This document shows positions 36,648 to 49,419 of a stretch of 64,000 nucleotides of DNA, piece by piece (within the stretch, counting starts at the first letter, position 1; each line of letters starts with the position of its first letter). The notes under the pieces are model-generated. The model made no database searches. It had not been told where the DNA came from and saw only the letters and a list, made by a program, of their open reading frames with translations. Origin of the DNA: Chiloscyllium plagiosum (taxonomy: Eukaryota); assembly GCF_004010195.1 (NCBI RefSeq), contig NC_057749.1, positions 25,765,044-25,829,043 on the forward strand. The letters are read 5' to 3'. The position numbers and the translations under genes are program-made.

Positions 36648-36925
36648 AGAATCCCCACAGTATGGAAACAGGTTACATAGCCCAACAAGTCCACGTCAAT
36701 CCTCTGAAGAGCATCCCACCCAGACCCATCCCCCTAACCCTATCACTGCATTTCCCATGGTTAGCACACCTAACCTACACATCCCTAAACACTATGGGCA
36801 ATTTAGCAGGCCGATCCACCTAACCTACACATCTTTGGACTGTGGGAGGAAACCCACACAGACACTGGGAGAAAATGCAAATTCCCCATAGACAGTTGCC
36901 CGAGGCTGCAATCAAATCTGAGTGC
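36648..36925 (-). mobile_element. HE1-type SINE
   Basis: HE1 core and tail. Confidence 0.82.
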
Positions 36926-37049
36926 ATGGTCTTGTACAACTGCAATCCTTGACTGCAGGAACACTGATAGTGTAGCTAAGAAGGGAGTTACAGGGTTTCA
37001 ACCTGGTGAAGAAATGGCTGTAGACATCCAAACCAGGAAGGTTTATTTT

Positions 37050-37329
37050 AGATTAGATTACAGTGTGGAAACAGGCCCTTCGGCCCAACAAGTCCACACC
37101 GACCCGCCGAAGCGCAACCCACCCATATCCCAACATTTACCCCTTACCTAACACTACGGGCAATTTAGCATGGCCAATTCACCTGACCTGCACATCTTTG
37201 GACTGTGGGAGGAAACCAGAGCACCCGGAGGGGAAAATGTGCAAACTCCACACAGACAGTTGCCTGAGGTGGGAATTGAACCCAGGTCTCTAGCGCTGTG
37301 AGGCAGTAGTGCTAACCACCGTGCCACCC
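37050..37329 (-). mobile_element. HE1-type SINE (young subfamily)
   Basis: CpG-rich copy with TAATCTAATCTAAA tail. Confidence 0.9.
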
Positions 37330-38293
37330 CCTAAGATGTGTGGTTCAGAGTGGAACGTACAAGTTCCATGCAGGAAGCAATCACCAAAAGGTGTGTACTT
37401 GGGTCTGTGCACCTGAAGTATCTAAATTAAAAAGATTTATGGGACAAAAATAAATCAATCTAATTTAACATCTGTTCACCTGTATTCAAAACACACCCCA
37501 CCTCCCCTCAGGCATACTGAACTATTGAATGATGTCTGAAGTGAAGGCGCATAACTGGAATATGAGTAATTGGTTTTGCCCTAGAGATGACTTTTATGAA
37601 ATTCAATGCCTGTTGTGGTAACATCTTGTAATTGAAAGTTATTTCGCATTTGTCTTGTAATGAGTTGCTCAAATCAAAGTATGCATTTAATAATCGATCA
37701 GTCAGCACTTCACAGAGAATGATGGGACCCTGTGTTTTGGATGAAATCTGATGGCCTACACACAAACATATGAACAGGAGCAGCGATGATAGTAATAAGT
37801 ACGGTAGACCTCCTAACAAACTTGTGTTCATTCTAAAGTTTCATTTTTACATAACTTACTCAAAATCTTACTCAATGTCATACTTGTTTTGGCTGGCTCC
37901 CCATTCAACAGCACCTCAGCTGTAAAATTGTCATCCTTTGGTTTTCAGATTCCTCCATGGCCTCACCTCCTCCTCATTAGGGCAGCCTCCTCTACCCCCA
38001 CAACTCTCCAAGTTCTCTGTGCTCCTCCAGTTCTGAGCTCTCAATAATCTTGGATTTTCTTCATTCAGCCGTCGCCTGTGCCCACCTGTTTCTCTCCCTA
38101 AACCTGTCTCCCACTCTTCCCTCTTTTAAATTGCTCTTGTGGCCCTCCGCCTTTGCTGACCCTTTTAGTGCAGTTTTTCCTGGCTTTTCCTTCCATGATT
38201 CAGTGTCAAGAAAAACTGCAAAGATTTTCATTTATATCATATTTCATAGAATGCTCTGGAGTATTTCACGATGTTAAATGTACAAATGTAAGT

Positions 38294-38499
38294 TTTTAGG
38301 AGAAAGTGAGGACTGCAGATGCTAGAGACCAGAGTTGAAACGTGTGTTGCTGGAAAAACGCAGCAGGTCAGGCAGCATCCGAGGAGCAAGAGAATTGACA
38401 TTTCGGGAATATGAAGAAGGGCTTATGCCCGAAACGTCGATTCTCCTGTTCCTCAGATGCTGCCTGACCTGCTGCGCTTTTCCAGCACCACACGTTTCA
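38294..38499. mobile_element. Penelope pLTR pair in inverted orientation
   Basis: Arms ~38334-38407 and ~38428-38499. 12-bp TSD ACAAATGTAAGT (38282-93 / 38500-11). Confidence 0.85.
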
Positions 38500-39316
38500 A
38501 CAAATGTAAGTCACTGTTGACCTACTGTTCAAATTTGATGCTCAGTGACTGGTTATCTTTTTTTTACAATGATTAGCAGCTTTCCTTTCCGTCTGAGGTA
38601 TTTTAACAAAATGGGGATTATTTCAGACTCGCAGAAACATGCAAAATAAACCACTCCCGTCAATTTGTTTAATTTTCAAAAATACGCTTATCAAGCGTGC
38701 AGGCAAATATTTCCAATGGATTGAGAAATCCTCCAAGACTCCAACCTTGCCAGGCTGTCTCATACCAGCTGCTTCATGTGGGAACCCTACGAATGATGTG
38801 TTTCTCCTTTTTTTTTTTAACTGCAATGTCCGTGTTGTAACCTTCATACAGTAATGAAAACTCTGCAGCAGAGAAGACTTGCACCTGCAAAAAGAAGCCA
38901 CTAGTCTTCAAGGTTTGCATCGTCCTGCAGGAGTGGAATTTTCAGTCGTGTGCCAGGAACCAGAAACTGCTCCTAATTTTGGCCCACTAGAATTTTTAAA
39001 GCTCCAGGCACAGAATGGGTTCCCTGCCCAATCAGGGGTGGTGAGTAAACTCCCAATGCTGGAGATCCAGGACTCAGTGATCTGCTATCTCATCAGACAA
39101 GGTAGGAGCTACCATTCTGAAGATGGAAGAGGGGAGAGAGAGAGAGAGACATTGTACACTTTTCAGTTCAGTACATTTGACACTGGTTATTTTGGAATAT
39201 TGGGTTGAATCTTGTGCAACAAATTTGTCTTTTGGAAAGATTCTCACTATGAGGTCCAGTGAGATTTCTCAATGTATCTCATCAAACATATCTTATAATT
39301 GCCTCTCTGTCCCAAT

Positions 39317-39540
39317 AGGAGATAGTGAGGATTGCAGATACTGGAGAGTCAGAGTAGATAGAGTGTGACGCTGGAAAAAGCACAGCAGGTCATGCAGCAT
39401 TAGAGGAGTAGGAGAGTCGATGTTTAGAACAAAACCCATCATCAGGTCCTGATGAAGGGTGCTGCCTGAAACGTCGACTCTCCTGCTCCTAGATGCTGCC
39501 TGACCTGCTGTGCTTTTTCCAGCGCCACACTCTATCTTCT
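39317..39540. mobile_element. Penelope pLTR pair in inverted orientation with hammerhead motif
   Basis: Inverted about ATCAGG/CCTGAT at ~39447; CTGATGA...GAAACGTC at 39449-39475. Confidence 0.85.
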
Positions 39541-39929
39541 CTGTTCTCATAGCATCCCCCATGTCCAATTTTATTCCATTCCCAGCATAATTCTCCACTC
39601 AGTGGATACCTGCCAAAACATTGGCGTCCCCGGTGACTGTGTCATCTTTGAAAGACTGTTGTGCACTCAAGAGAGTGTTGGTATTCCACAGTTACCCCTC
39701 AACCAGCAACGTAATGAGAGAACAGCCACAAAGCCAGATTGTTCACAAAACATAGCCCGCCATGGCTAACATTCCCTCACACAGACAAACCCTAGTCACT
39801 GTTTGACCACCAGGCCACACAGTTTACCTGGCCTCAGAAACATCCCATTTAAAAACCCTACCTGAATCAGTGCTACTCTTTCACTAATATCCATTGGAGA
39901 CTCACCTCTCATCATTGTCCAGCCAGGGA

Positions 39930-40178
39930 TTTAAAAAAGACATTGGGCCAATTTTTGTTTACACAGTGTGGTTCATGTGTGGAGTGAACTTGCAGAGGAA
40001 GTGGTGGATGTGGGTAAATTACAACATTTAAAAGGCATTTAGATAAGTATATGAAAATGTTTCGAAGGATTTGGGCCAAACGCAGGTAGGTGGGACTAGT
40101 TTAGTTTGGGATTATGGTTGACATGGACTGGATGGATCGAAGGGTCTGTTATGTGTTGTATGACTCTATGATTCTATT
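39930..40178 (+). mobile_element. CR1/HER1 3' end
   Basis: GAGGAAGTGGTGGA...TATGACTCTATGATTCTA tail. Confidence 0.8.
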
Positions 40179-41271
40179 GAAACAATGATTTAAAGGTTAT
40201 TGTTATTTTGTAGCAACCAAAATAAGATCCCTCAAGTAAGCATATTAAGCCTCACAGCTCAACTCAGCTATTACCCAAATAATGGTGGAAATTAGCTTCT
40301 ATTCAAACCAACAGTGTTTCTGATGTCCATGATTTGAAGGTTGTGCAGTGTTGTTCTTTGAAGTTCTGCTGAAGGAGAGTTCTGGTTTTGGATTCTTCTA
40401 TAGATTTTCATCCTTCAAGTCAAAGATATGATATTATTGATGATTCGTTAGATTCTTTCATCCAACTTATTGATTACTCCACTTGAACCATTGAGTCTGC
40501 AGCTTGCCTTCTTATCAGAAGTAGCTTCTTTGTTTCCTGTTACATTTGGCATCGTCTGTCTGCCTGTTTGAAAATCAAACTCTTCTGTGATTAACTCCTT
40601 CAATTCTTCTGCAAGACAATCAATTATTCTTGTGACATAAAGCAGCCTGTTATCAAGCAGATGTCAAAACAATTTTGTTCATGTAGCTTTGATTCCTTAT
40701 CCTTCCAGACATGGCTAATTGCTTTCAGCTCCTGTATGAGTTCGTCCTTGTACTTTAATAGTTTATTCCGGATGGAATTGTTGCTGCTTCTGCCAGTGTG
40801 TAGCGGTTTATCTTTGTTGATTTTTTTTAAAGCCATGATCAGTTATTAAAGTTCTGAAGTTTATAGTTTTGCACCGTTTTAAAGAAGGCCTAAAGAAGGA
40901 CCAATCAGGATGGTTTAAACTGAAGTCCTTCATGAGGATTGTGAAAGGAAGATGAGACAATAGCAAACTCAGATGATTTGTGCTTAATTTTAAGTGAGGA
41001 GATGCAGGGAGAGTGTTCAATAAGAATGGTGGGTATGAAAATAAGAGGCAGGATTCTAGGGTTGACTTGAAGTACCAAATAAATCTTCATTCTACAAACT
41101 TGAACAAACGCACATAAACAAAAATAACTAATTAGATATACTTAATCAAGATAAGGAGTGTAAACCACATACACCATATACAAGATCAACTCTAACATTC
41201 AAGGTTAACATGATTTAAGTATGAATTAACAGACAAACTGTGGTCAAACAGGCGAAAGGGAGGACTGCAGA

Positions 41272-41380
41272 TGCTGGAGATCAGAGTCAAGATAAGAGTG
41301 GTGCTGGAAAAGCACAGCAGGTCAGGCAGCAACCGAGGAGCAGGAAAATTGATGTTTTAGGCGAAAGCCCTTCATCTGCA
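41272..41380 (-). mobile_element. Penelope pLTR fragment
   Basis: Same pLTR consensus as 20755 and 51300. Confidence 0.8.
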
Positions 41381-41597
41381 CTGCAGTCAATATGGTCAAA
41401 AGAGATCCCACCCAGACATTGGCAACATTGTAGGTCATCAAATCTCATTAAGCTGCTGTCTCAGTTCCAAGGGACTATCCCATTTCCTTACTTTCAAAGG
41501 TATAGCCTTAGAATGCCCTTAAAGTCTCTCCATCTTGGATCCCTCAACAACTGCTTAAGCTAAGGTTGTTAAGCATCTTCTCCTGACACTGAGATCT

Positions 41598-42095
41598 TAA
41601 CAATATTTTAGAGATGCATTATAGAAAGCATCCTATCTGGATATATCACAGCTTGGTAAAGCAACTGCTCTGCCCATGACAGAAATAAATAACAGGTAAT
41701 TGTGAACACAGTCCAGTCTATCATGAAAACCAGCCTTCCTTCGATTGACTCCATCTGCACTTCCCACTGCCTCGGAAACATCATGGAAAACCCCTCCCAC
41801 CCCGGTTATACTCTCTTCCACTTTTTTTCCATTAGGCAGAGAATACAGAAGTTTGAAAACACGTACCAACAGATTTAAGAACAGCTTCTTCCCTGCTGTT
41901 ATCAGACTTATGAATGGACCTCTCATATGTTATTGTTGGTCTTTCTGTGCACCTTCTCTGTAGCTTTAATACTATATTCTGCATTCTGTTCTATTACCCT
42001 GATATACTTTTGTAGCGTATGACTTGTCTGGTTAGCACACAGTACAATACTGAAGCTATATCTTGATACATGTTACAATAATAGATCACATAAAG
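41598..42095 (+). mobile_element. Rex1/Babar-type LINE 3' fragment
   Basis: RCIIESILSGYITAW..NCS...LPSI...PLGREYRSLKTRTNRFKNSFFPAVIRLMN C-terminal motif. Confidence 0.8.
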
Positions 42096-42136
42096 TCAAA
42101 GAACCTCAGGGCTCTAGAGACTACTCCTAAGTCTAT

Positions 42137-42428
42137 GGGCGGCACGTTGGCTCAGTGGCTAGCAGTGCTGCCTCACAGCACCAGGGTCCCAGGTTTGATT
42201 CCAGCCTTGGGTGACTGTCTGTGTGGAGTTTGCACATTCTCCCGTTGTCTGTGTGGGTTCCTCCCACAGTCCAAAAATGTGCAGGTCAGGTGAATCGGCC
42301 ATTCTAAATTGCCCGTAGTGTTAGGTGCTTTAGTCAGAGGGAAATGGGTCTGGGTGGGTTACTCTTCAGAGTGTTGTTGTGGACTTGTTGGGCCGAAGGG
42401 CCTGTTTCCACACTGTAGGTAATCTAAT
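42137..42428 (+). mobile_element. HE1-type SINE
   Basis: Full head-core-tail. Confidence 0.9.
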
Positions 42429-43419
42429 TACAGGCAGAATTTCAGCACTTATCAGACAGCCAACTTCACCAAGATGATGCTAAATTTCTTGAAGCTCCCA
42501 ATTTTCCTCGGCTGCATTGAACAAACACTGCTTGTGGATGTCTTTCACCCTATTCTCAGTTCCATTGAACTATTAACAGTTTTCAGGGACCTCTCCTGCC
42601 CTAACTACCTGAATTATGCTAACAACAATACTTCTTTTGTTTCAGTACTCTCCCAACTCTCCCCTCTCAGCAAACCCACACCCAGATAAATTCAAACCAA
42701 AGAACCTTCTTAATCTTCATGATGACACAGACCTACCCTTAACCTAACTTTTCGATGATATATCCCTCATTTACAATTTTTGGTCAGATAAAGTAACCAG
42801 TTTTGCAGGCATAAAGAGTTCCCAGAACGCTTTTAATCAATTTAGCTATCACTCCCAAAACAAATAATCTTTTTGGACTGTGATTGCTACAACTAGTGTA
42901 AACGATATCTCCAGCTCAGTAATCCAACCTACTGTTTCTGGCCCTACTCTTCCAGCTGCTAACTTTTAAATAAAGGTGACCCCAGCTTTCTTTTAAGTGC
43001 AAAAGAATTCCACATGGTTCAGTTGCTTTTATCTCATTCTCTGTTGTTAAGCTCTCATTTTTATGATGACAATGTATAATTAAATAAATGAACAATAAAC
43101 CATATATTTGCAACAATTGAATAAATCTGAAAATATCTATCTGCACTTCCACAAGGTAAGAAACCCTATACCTTTTACTCAGAGAGTGGTGAATCTTTGG
43201 AATTCTCTATCCTAGAGGGCTATGGAAGTCTTTTGAGTATTTTTAGAGATTTATAAGTATTTAATGGTGCAAAGGAATAGTGCGGCTAAAAGGAATTAAG
43301 GTGTTTGGTCAGCCATGATTGCATTAAATGGCAGAGAGGGCCCAATGGGCTGAATGGCCTCCTCCTGTTCTTATATTCCTCTGACACAAGACTCACTCCA
43401 TTGGAAGGAGCAGTATGCA

Positions 43420-43778
43420 CAGGGAAGCAATGGCCTAATGGTGTTAGCGTTAATGTATTAATCTGGAGGTTCAGGTAATGTCCTGGGTGCCTGGGCTTGA
43501 ATCCCAACATTACGGATCATGGAATTTGGAATCAACTTTTAAAAGTCTGGAATTCCAAGACTAATGATGACCATGAATTGATTGTTGGGAAAAATCCATC
43601 TGATTCACTCATGCCCTTTAAGGAAGGAAATTGCCGTCCTTACCTCATCTGGCCTACATTTGACTCCAGATCAACACCAATGTGGTTCACGCTTAAACTG
43701 TCCTCTGGGCAATTAGGGATGGGCAATAAATGCTGGCCTAGCCAGTTACGCCCACATCCTGGGAATCAATTACAAAAA
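43420..43778 (+). mobile_element. tRNA-derived SINE, second family
   Basis: Homologous to 23171-23520. Confidence 0.75.
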
Positions 43779-44264
43779 TGACAGTTACCCCAGTCTTGAT
43801 GTCTCCCACCCTGTATGCAATTACCATTCTGGCTTTTCAAATCTTAAAAACTGAAAGAACTCTGGATGCTGGAAATCAGATGCAAAAACTGAAATTGCTG
43901 AAAAAGCACAACAACTCTGCCAGCATCTTTGGAGAGAAATCAGAGTTAACATTTCAGGTCCAGTGACACTTCCTCAGAACCTTCTTCAAATCTATTTAAT
44001 TGTTGCTTACACGGCAACCTTTCAATCAAGTCTAATTTATCTATTTATAGGTGTCAATGATGTTTTGTATTCAGCACACTTGGTTTGAGCACAAACATCT
44101 AGCCTGAAACTCACTAAGACTGTAAGAAATATGAAATAACTTTACTGAGGCTGATATCCTGTAGCAAGATACCCTTTATTTATATGTGCCCAGGACATGG
44201 GCTCTGATCAACCAGCTCAGAGCCAGTCCTAGAGTGTGAGAAACTCTCTGAATCTCCTGGTTAT

Positions 44265-45756
44265 CTTTTTTTTCTTTTTTCTTTTTTTTCTTTTCTTTTT
44301 TTTAACCCCCACACTACCGCCTTACTGCGGTAGTGCATATTTTTCTACAGCACCCACGCTGTGTGTGCGCAGGTGTGAGACACAGTGAAAGACAAAAGAT
44401 AACCGCGGAAGAGGGGCAGGCAGTCGGCCTTAACGACACCCTCCACGACACTCCTGTTCTTTTTTTTTCCTTCTTTTCTTTTTCTTTTTTCTCCCACACC
44501 AATGTTGGGTGTGTGCAGGTGTGAGACACAGTGAAAGACACAAGGTGCGCAAATCTTTATTCAAATTTCCACCACCAGGAAGAAAGGAAACACCCGAGGG
44601 GCCAATGACAAGCAGTGCCCTTCACATCATAGGGAATCTCCTGGTTATTTTTTTCTCTCTCTCTTTTACTGCCCTTCACATCAAAAGGCAATGCTCCTCC
44701 TGGTTATATATCTTTTTCTCCAGTTTATTTTTTTTTCTTGTGAATTGGCCATGCTAAATTGCCCATAGTTTTAGGTAAGGGGTAAATGTAGGGGTATGGG
44801 TGGGTTACGCTTCGGCGGGTCGGTGTGGACTTGTTGGGCCGAAGGGCCTGTTTCCACACTGTAATGTAATCTAATCTAAAAGATAACCGCGGAAGAGGGG
44901 CAGGCAGTCGGCCTTAACGACACCCCCCACGACACTCCTGTTCTTTTTTTTTCCTTCTTTTCTTTTTCTTTTTTCTCCCGCACCAATATTGGGTGTGTGC
45001 AGGTGTGAGACACAGTGAAAGACACAAGGTGCGCAAATCTTTATTCAAATTTCCACCACCAGGAAGAAAGGAAACACCCGAGTGGCCAATGACAAGCAGT
45101 GCCCTTCACATCAAAGGGAATCTCCTGGTTATTTTTTTTTCTCTCTCTTTTACTGCCCTTCACATCAAAAGGCATTGCTCCTCCTGGTTATATATTTTTT
45201 TCTCCAGTTTATTTTTTTTCTCTTTTTTTTATATTAACACCCCCCACACTACCGCCTAACTGTGGTAGTGCTTATTTTTTCCCCCAGCACCCATGGTGTG
45301 TGTGTGTGCAGGTGTGAGACACAGTGAAAGACACAAAGTGCATGAATCTTTATTCAATTTCCACCACCAGGAAGATAGGAAAAACACCCGGGTGGCCAGT
45401 GACAAGCACTGCCCTTCACATCAATGGGAATCTCCTGGTTATTTTTTTTTGAGGGAGAAATAATGCACTCCACTCCCTGCGGTGCCCACCTCTCCCTGAA
45501 CAACTCCAGGGTGTTGGTCGGCACCGCAAATTTCTTGATTATTTTTTTTTTTCTCTGTTTTCCTTTCTTTTTTCCCCACACTACCACCTAAGTGCGGTAG
45601 TGCTTATTTTATCCCCAGCACCCATGGTGTGTGTGCGCAGGCATGAGACACAGTGAAAGACACAAAGTGCACGAATCTTTATTCAATTTCCACCACCAGG
45701 AAGATAGGAAAAAAACCCGGGTAGTCAGTGACAAGCACTGCCCTTCACATCAAAGG
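44265..45756 (-). mobile_element. Head-to-tail array of 5'-truncated Tx1-clade LINE 3' ends
   Basis: Minus peptides AVPTNTLELFRERWAPQGVECIISP (~45453-45528) and VVEGVVKADCLPLFRGY (~44398-44450 and ~44882-44933). Same 3' UTR and hairpin as the 16.4-kb array; T-rich tails. Confidence 0.85.
44740..44878 (+). mobile_element. 5'-truncated young HE1 SINE inside the Tx1 array
   Basis: GTGAATTGGCCATGCTAAATTGCCC...GTAATCTAATCTAAA. Confidence 0.9.
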
Positions 45757-46144
45757 GAATCTCCTGGTTATATCTGTCAGCCAGGGCTTCCCGATTGGTC
45801 CAGGTTAACAAACCCCAATCAAGGATCTTATCGTCAATGCGATCCACTGGGCCCTGGTTCTAATCACTAGAAGGTACCATCTTTTAAGTTGAAATATTAA
45901 GCTGAACCCTCCTTCTAGCGTGGCACCATTCCAAAGAAAAACTGAGGAATTCTCACTGGTTTCTTGACCAAAACCAAAAAATACGTCAAAAGCATATTGC
46001 AGATGCTGAAAATCTGACTTAAAACAGAAAATGCTGCCAAAATTCAACAAGTCTGGGAGCACCTGTGGAGAGAGGCATGGAGTTTCAAGTGCAGTATGAC
46101 TCTTCTTCAGAACTCAGTTACCTGCTTATGTCAAATTGCGAGGG

Positions 46145-46464
46145 ATGGCAGGGTGGCTCAGTGGTTAGCACTCAGTCTCACAGCACCAGGGACCCAGGTT
46201 TGATTCCAGCCTCGGCAACTGTCTGTGTGGAGTTTGCACATTCTCCCTGTGTCTCTGTGGGTTTCCTTCGGGTGCTCTGGATTCCTCCCACAGTCCAAAG
46301 ATGTGCAGGTCAAATGAATTGGCCATGCTAAATTGCCCATAGTGTTAGGTGCATTAGTCAGGGGTAAATACAGGGTGTGGGTATGGGTAGGTTACTCTTT
46401 GGAGGGTCGGTGTGGACTTGTTGGGCTGAAGGGCCTGTTTCCATGCTGTAGGGAATCTAATCTA
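46145..46464 (+). mobile_element. HE1-type SINE
   Basis: Full head-core-tail. Confidence 0.9.
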
Positions 46465-46509
46465 AAAAAAAGTAAGAAAATTGGTCTCTGTTTTCCTGAC
46501 GTTACAGCG

Positions 46510-46705
46510 GTCATACCCTCTACCTGTCTTCACTTATCCCCACCTACCCACCCTGCCCCCACCCCCTTTATCTGCAGCTTCCCCCACACCCACCGCAAGT
46601 CCTGACGAAGGGTTACACCCGAAACGTTGACTTCTCCACCTCCTGATGCTGCCTGACTCGCTGTGTTCTACCAGCCTCCTGCTTGTCTTCCTTGAATCCA
46701 AAGCA
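46510..46705 (+). mobile_element. Penelope pLTR fragment with hammerhead motif
   Basis: CTGACGA-A-GGGT-TAC-ACCC-GAAACGTT at 46602-46628. Confidence 0.75.
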
Positions 46706-47698
46706 AAATGACAACACCGCACTGATTTCCAATCAGCACAAACCTAGCATGTGTTACTATATTCAAACCAAACAGGCAGATAAATATACTGCAATGCTAG
46801 TTGCAATTTCAGAAAAATACATATTTAATAAGATGTTTAATGGATCTCATCATTCTCAATTTTGTTCTTTATATCCCTTATGATGAAACGCAATTATATT
46901 TATCTACTGAAGTTCGCAATGGAAAAGTTAATCAATGTGCAAACAAAACAAATATTGCTGCTCCATCTACAACAGGCACTGAAGAATTTTATCAAGGGTC
47001 TTTAGACTGTGCCTTCCAAATGCAGGACTACTACGGTCCCCAAGAATAAGGTCAACAAGTATATGGGAATACCACCACATGCAAGTTTTCCTCCAGGCTT
47101 ATCGCTATCCTGACTTGAAAATATCTCACCATTCCTTCATTGTCACCGGGTCAAAATCCTGAAACTCCCTTCCTAATAGCACAGTGGATGCCCTTCCACC
47201 AAATAGTTCAAGGAGGTAACTCACCACCACTTTCTGGCCAACTATGTTTGTATGTTTCTAACTGGGGATAGTCGATAAGTGCTGGACTAGCCAGTGATGT
47301 CCACATCTATGATTTTTTTTTAAAAAACTGAACATACTCCTTTAAACCATGCATCCTATTGTGGGAGCCAAATAAATTTACTGAATGATCCCCAATGAGG
47401 TAATTACCAACCACTTTTATAGCTTTTACTCTGATAGCAATCAAAACCAACTCAATTACACATGTAGTAACAAACAACTGGTACTATGAATTAAAAGGTA
47501 GATTTCACGAGAAAATATTCAAAAGAACAAAGTTACATGCAACCACAAGTACTCTAATCACTGCCCACACATGTGTGGTACTATGAAAATACATAGGTCC
47601 AAATATACCATCTGTATTCACTCTGGGCAGATCTATCAACCATAGCTTACATCTGAATACATTTAATTTGTTTTAATGTTTATATTAAATTAATATCT

Positions 47699-47855
47699 GA
47701 AAATGTGTTGCTGGAAAAGCGCAGCAGGTCAGGCAGCATCCAAGGAGCAGGAGAANNNNNNNNNNNNNNNNNNNNNNNNNNNNNNNNNNNNNNNNNNNTT
47801 TCCAGCAACACATTTTCAGCTCTGATCTCCAGCATCTGCAGTCCTCACTTTCTCC
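47699..47855. mobile_element. Penelope element (inverted pLTR ends) spanning an N gap
   Basis: Inverted pLTR ends; 16-bp TSD TATTAAATTAATATCT (47683-98 / 47856-71). Confidence 0.85.
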
Positions 47856-48063
47856 TATTAAATTAATATCTTCAAGAAAGCTAACTTTTTGGGCACTCAA
47901 ATGCACTAATATGTAAACAAAGCAATTACTTTTTTTGATGAAATGGATTATTTGGAAATCTAGAATATAAATGCTGGAATTACTCAGTGGATCAGTCAGC
48001 TTCTGGAGAGAGTCAAAAATCTAAGATTAAAATGCCAGCCTCATGACCTTTCCTCTCAGTTAC

Positions 48064-48352
48064 AGATTAGATTCCCTACAGTGTGGAAACAGGCCCTTTG
48101 GCCCAACCAGTCCACACTGACCCTCTGAAGAGTAACCCACCCAAACCCATTTCCCTCTGGCTAACACACCTAACACTATGGGCAATTTAGCATGGCCAAC
48201 TCACCTGATCTGCACATCTTTGGACTGTGGGAGGAAACCCACACAGACAGGGGGAGAATGTACAATCTCCACACAGACAGTCACCCAAGGCTGGAATTGA
48301 ACCTGGGACCCTGGTGCTGTGAGATAGCAGTGCTAACCACTGAGCCACCATG
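48064..48352 (-). mobile_element. HE1-type SINE
   Basis: Full head-core-tail. Confidence 0.9.
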
Positions 48353-49419
48353 TGATGAAGGATCATTGATTCGAAACTTCTCTGCACAGATATTGCCTGA
48401 TGCTGTGTACTTGCAAGTCTCTCTGTTTTAATGGAAATAAATAATAAGGTCAGAGAAGCTGTCTACTTTCCTAATTAGATGAGATATTGATATGGCAAAA
48501 CCATTATCGATTGGAAAAGTTGGGACTGTTTTCCTTGAAGAGAAAGATGAAAGGAGATTTGATTCAGATATTCAAAAATCATCATGGGTCGGGCCAGAGT
48601 TGGGAGAGAGAAACTGTTCCCACTCATGAGAATGAGAGGGCTCAAATTTAAAATAATTGACAAAAACAAACAAAATTTGACATGAAACGCTGCAAGTGGT
48701 TAAGGTCTGGAGAGAGGTCACACAGTGGTGACACTTCACCAGCTACTTAAATGCCGGAATTGGCCTCCTTGTTGGAAGCCCATTTTGGCGTCATCAGGAG
48801 ACTTGGTAAGGCTGCACGCTCTCACACAATTTCACAGGACCACCACTAATCTCCAGCCTGTTCCCAAGATGAGAATAATTCCAGCCACCATTACAGAACC
48901 CATCTTCTTCCCATGCCTTTACAAAGGATAGAATCTGTGTGGCTTCTGCTGAATTATTGAGGGTAGTTTTGATACATTTGGGAATGGTCTAACCTATCAG
49001 GACAACATAAATGTTGGATGATTTGAAATGTGACAGAGGTACGCTGGAAGGTAAGGGCTGGATATCTATGTCAGAGACAGCAATTGGGAATAAGCCAATC
49101 CGACTGCAAACATCCCCGCCTTTGTATCAACATGCTCCTGGGAAATAGAACCTTCCAGATGGAAGACTCCACTTTGTACCAGAGTCAAGTTTGTCACCTC
49201 AATTGCAAGGCCCAAATGGTACAGTCCCAGAGCACGTCCACTCAGCCACAGATTTTTCCATCAGATCCCACGTAAGTGCTATAGCAATAGGGCAGAAGAT
49301 GAGTACATAATGCAATACCTTTTACTAATATGATTGATAGGGTATTTTATGGCACAATTATTATAGAATGTGAGGGACACAGGGGCTTTAGAACAAAAAA
49401 GAAGAAACAAAAGAAATGG

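Larger units (their letters stand above)
44132..45871 (-). mobile_element. Solo LTR split by a Tx1 array: LTR 3' part 44132-44264, 5' part 45757-45871
   Basis: Ends TGAAATAAC... and ...TAATCACTAGA; the halves align to 34855-35081. GAATCTCCTGGTTAT is duplicated at both junctions. Confidence 0.8.

Noticed and set aside
38620..39370. Overlapping 70-109-aa ORFs as host exons
   Set aside because: No recognisable domain or convincing splice structure.
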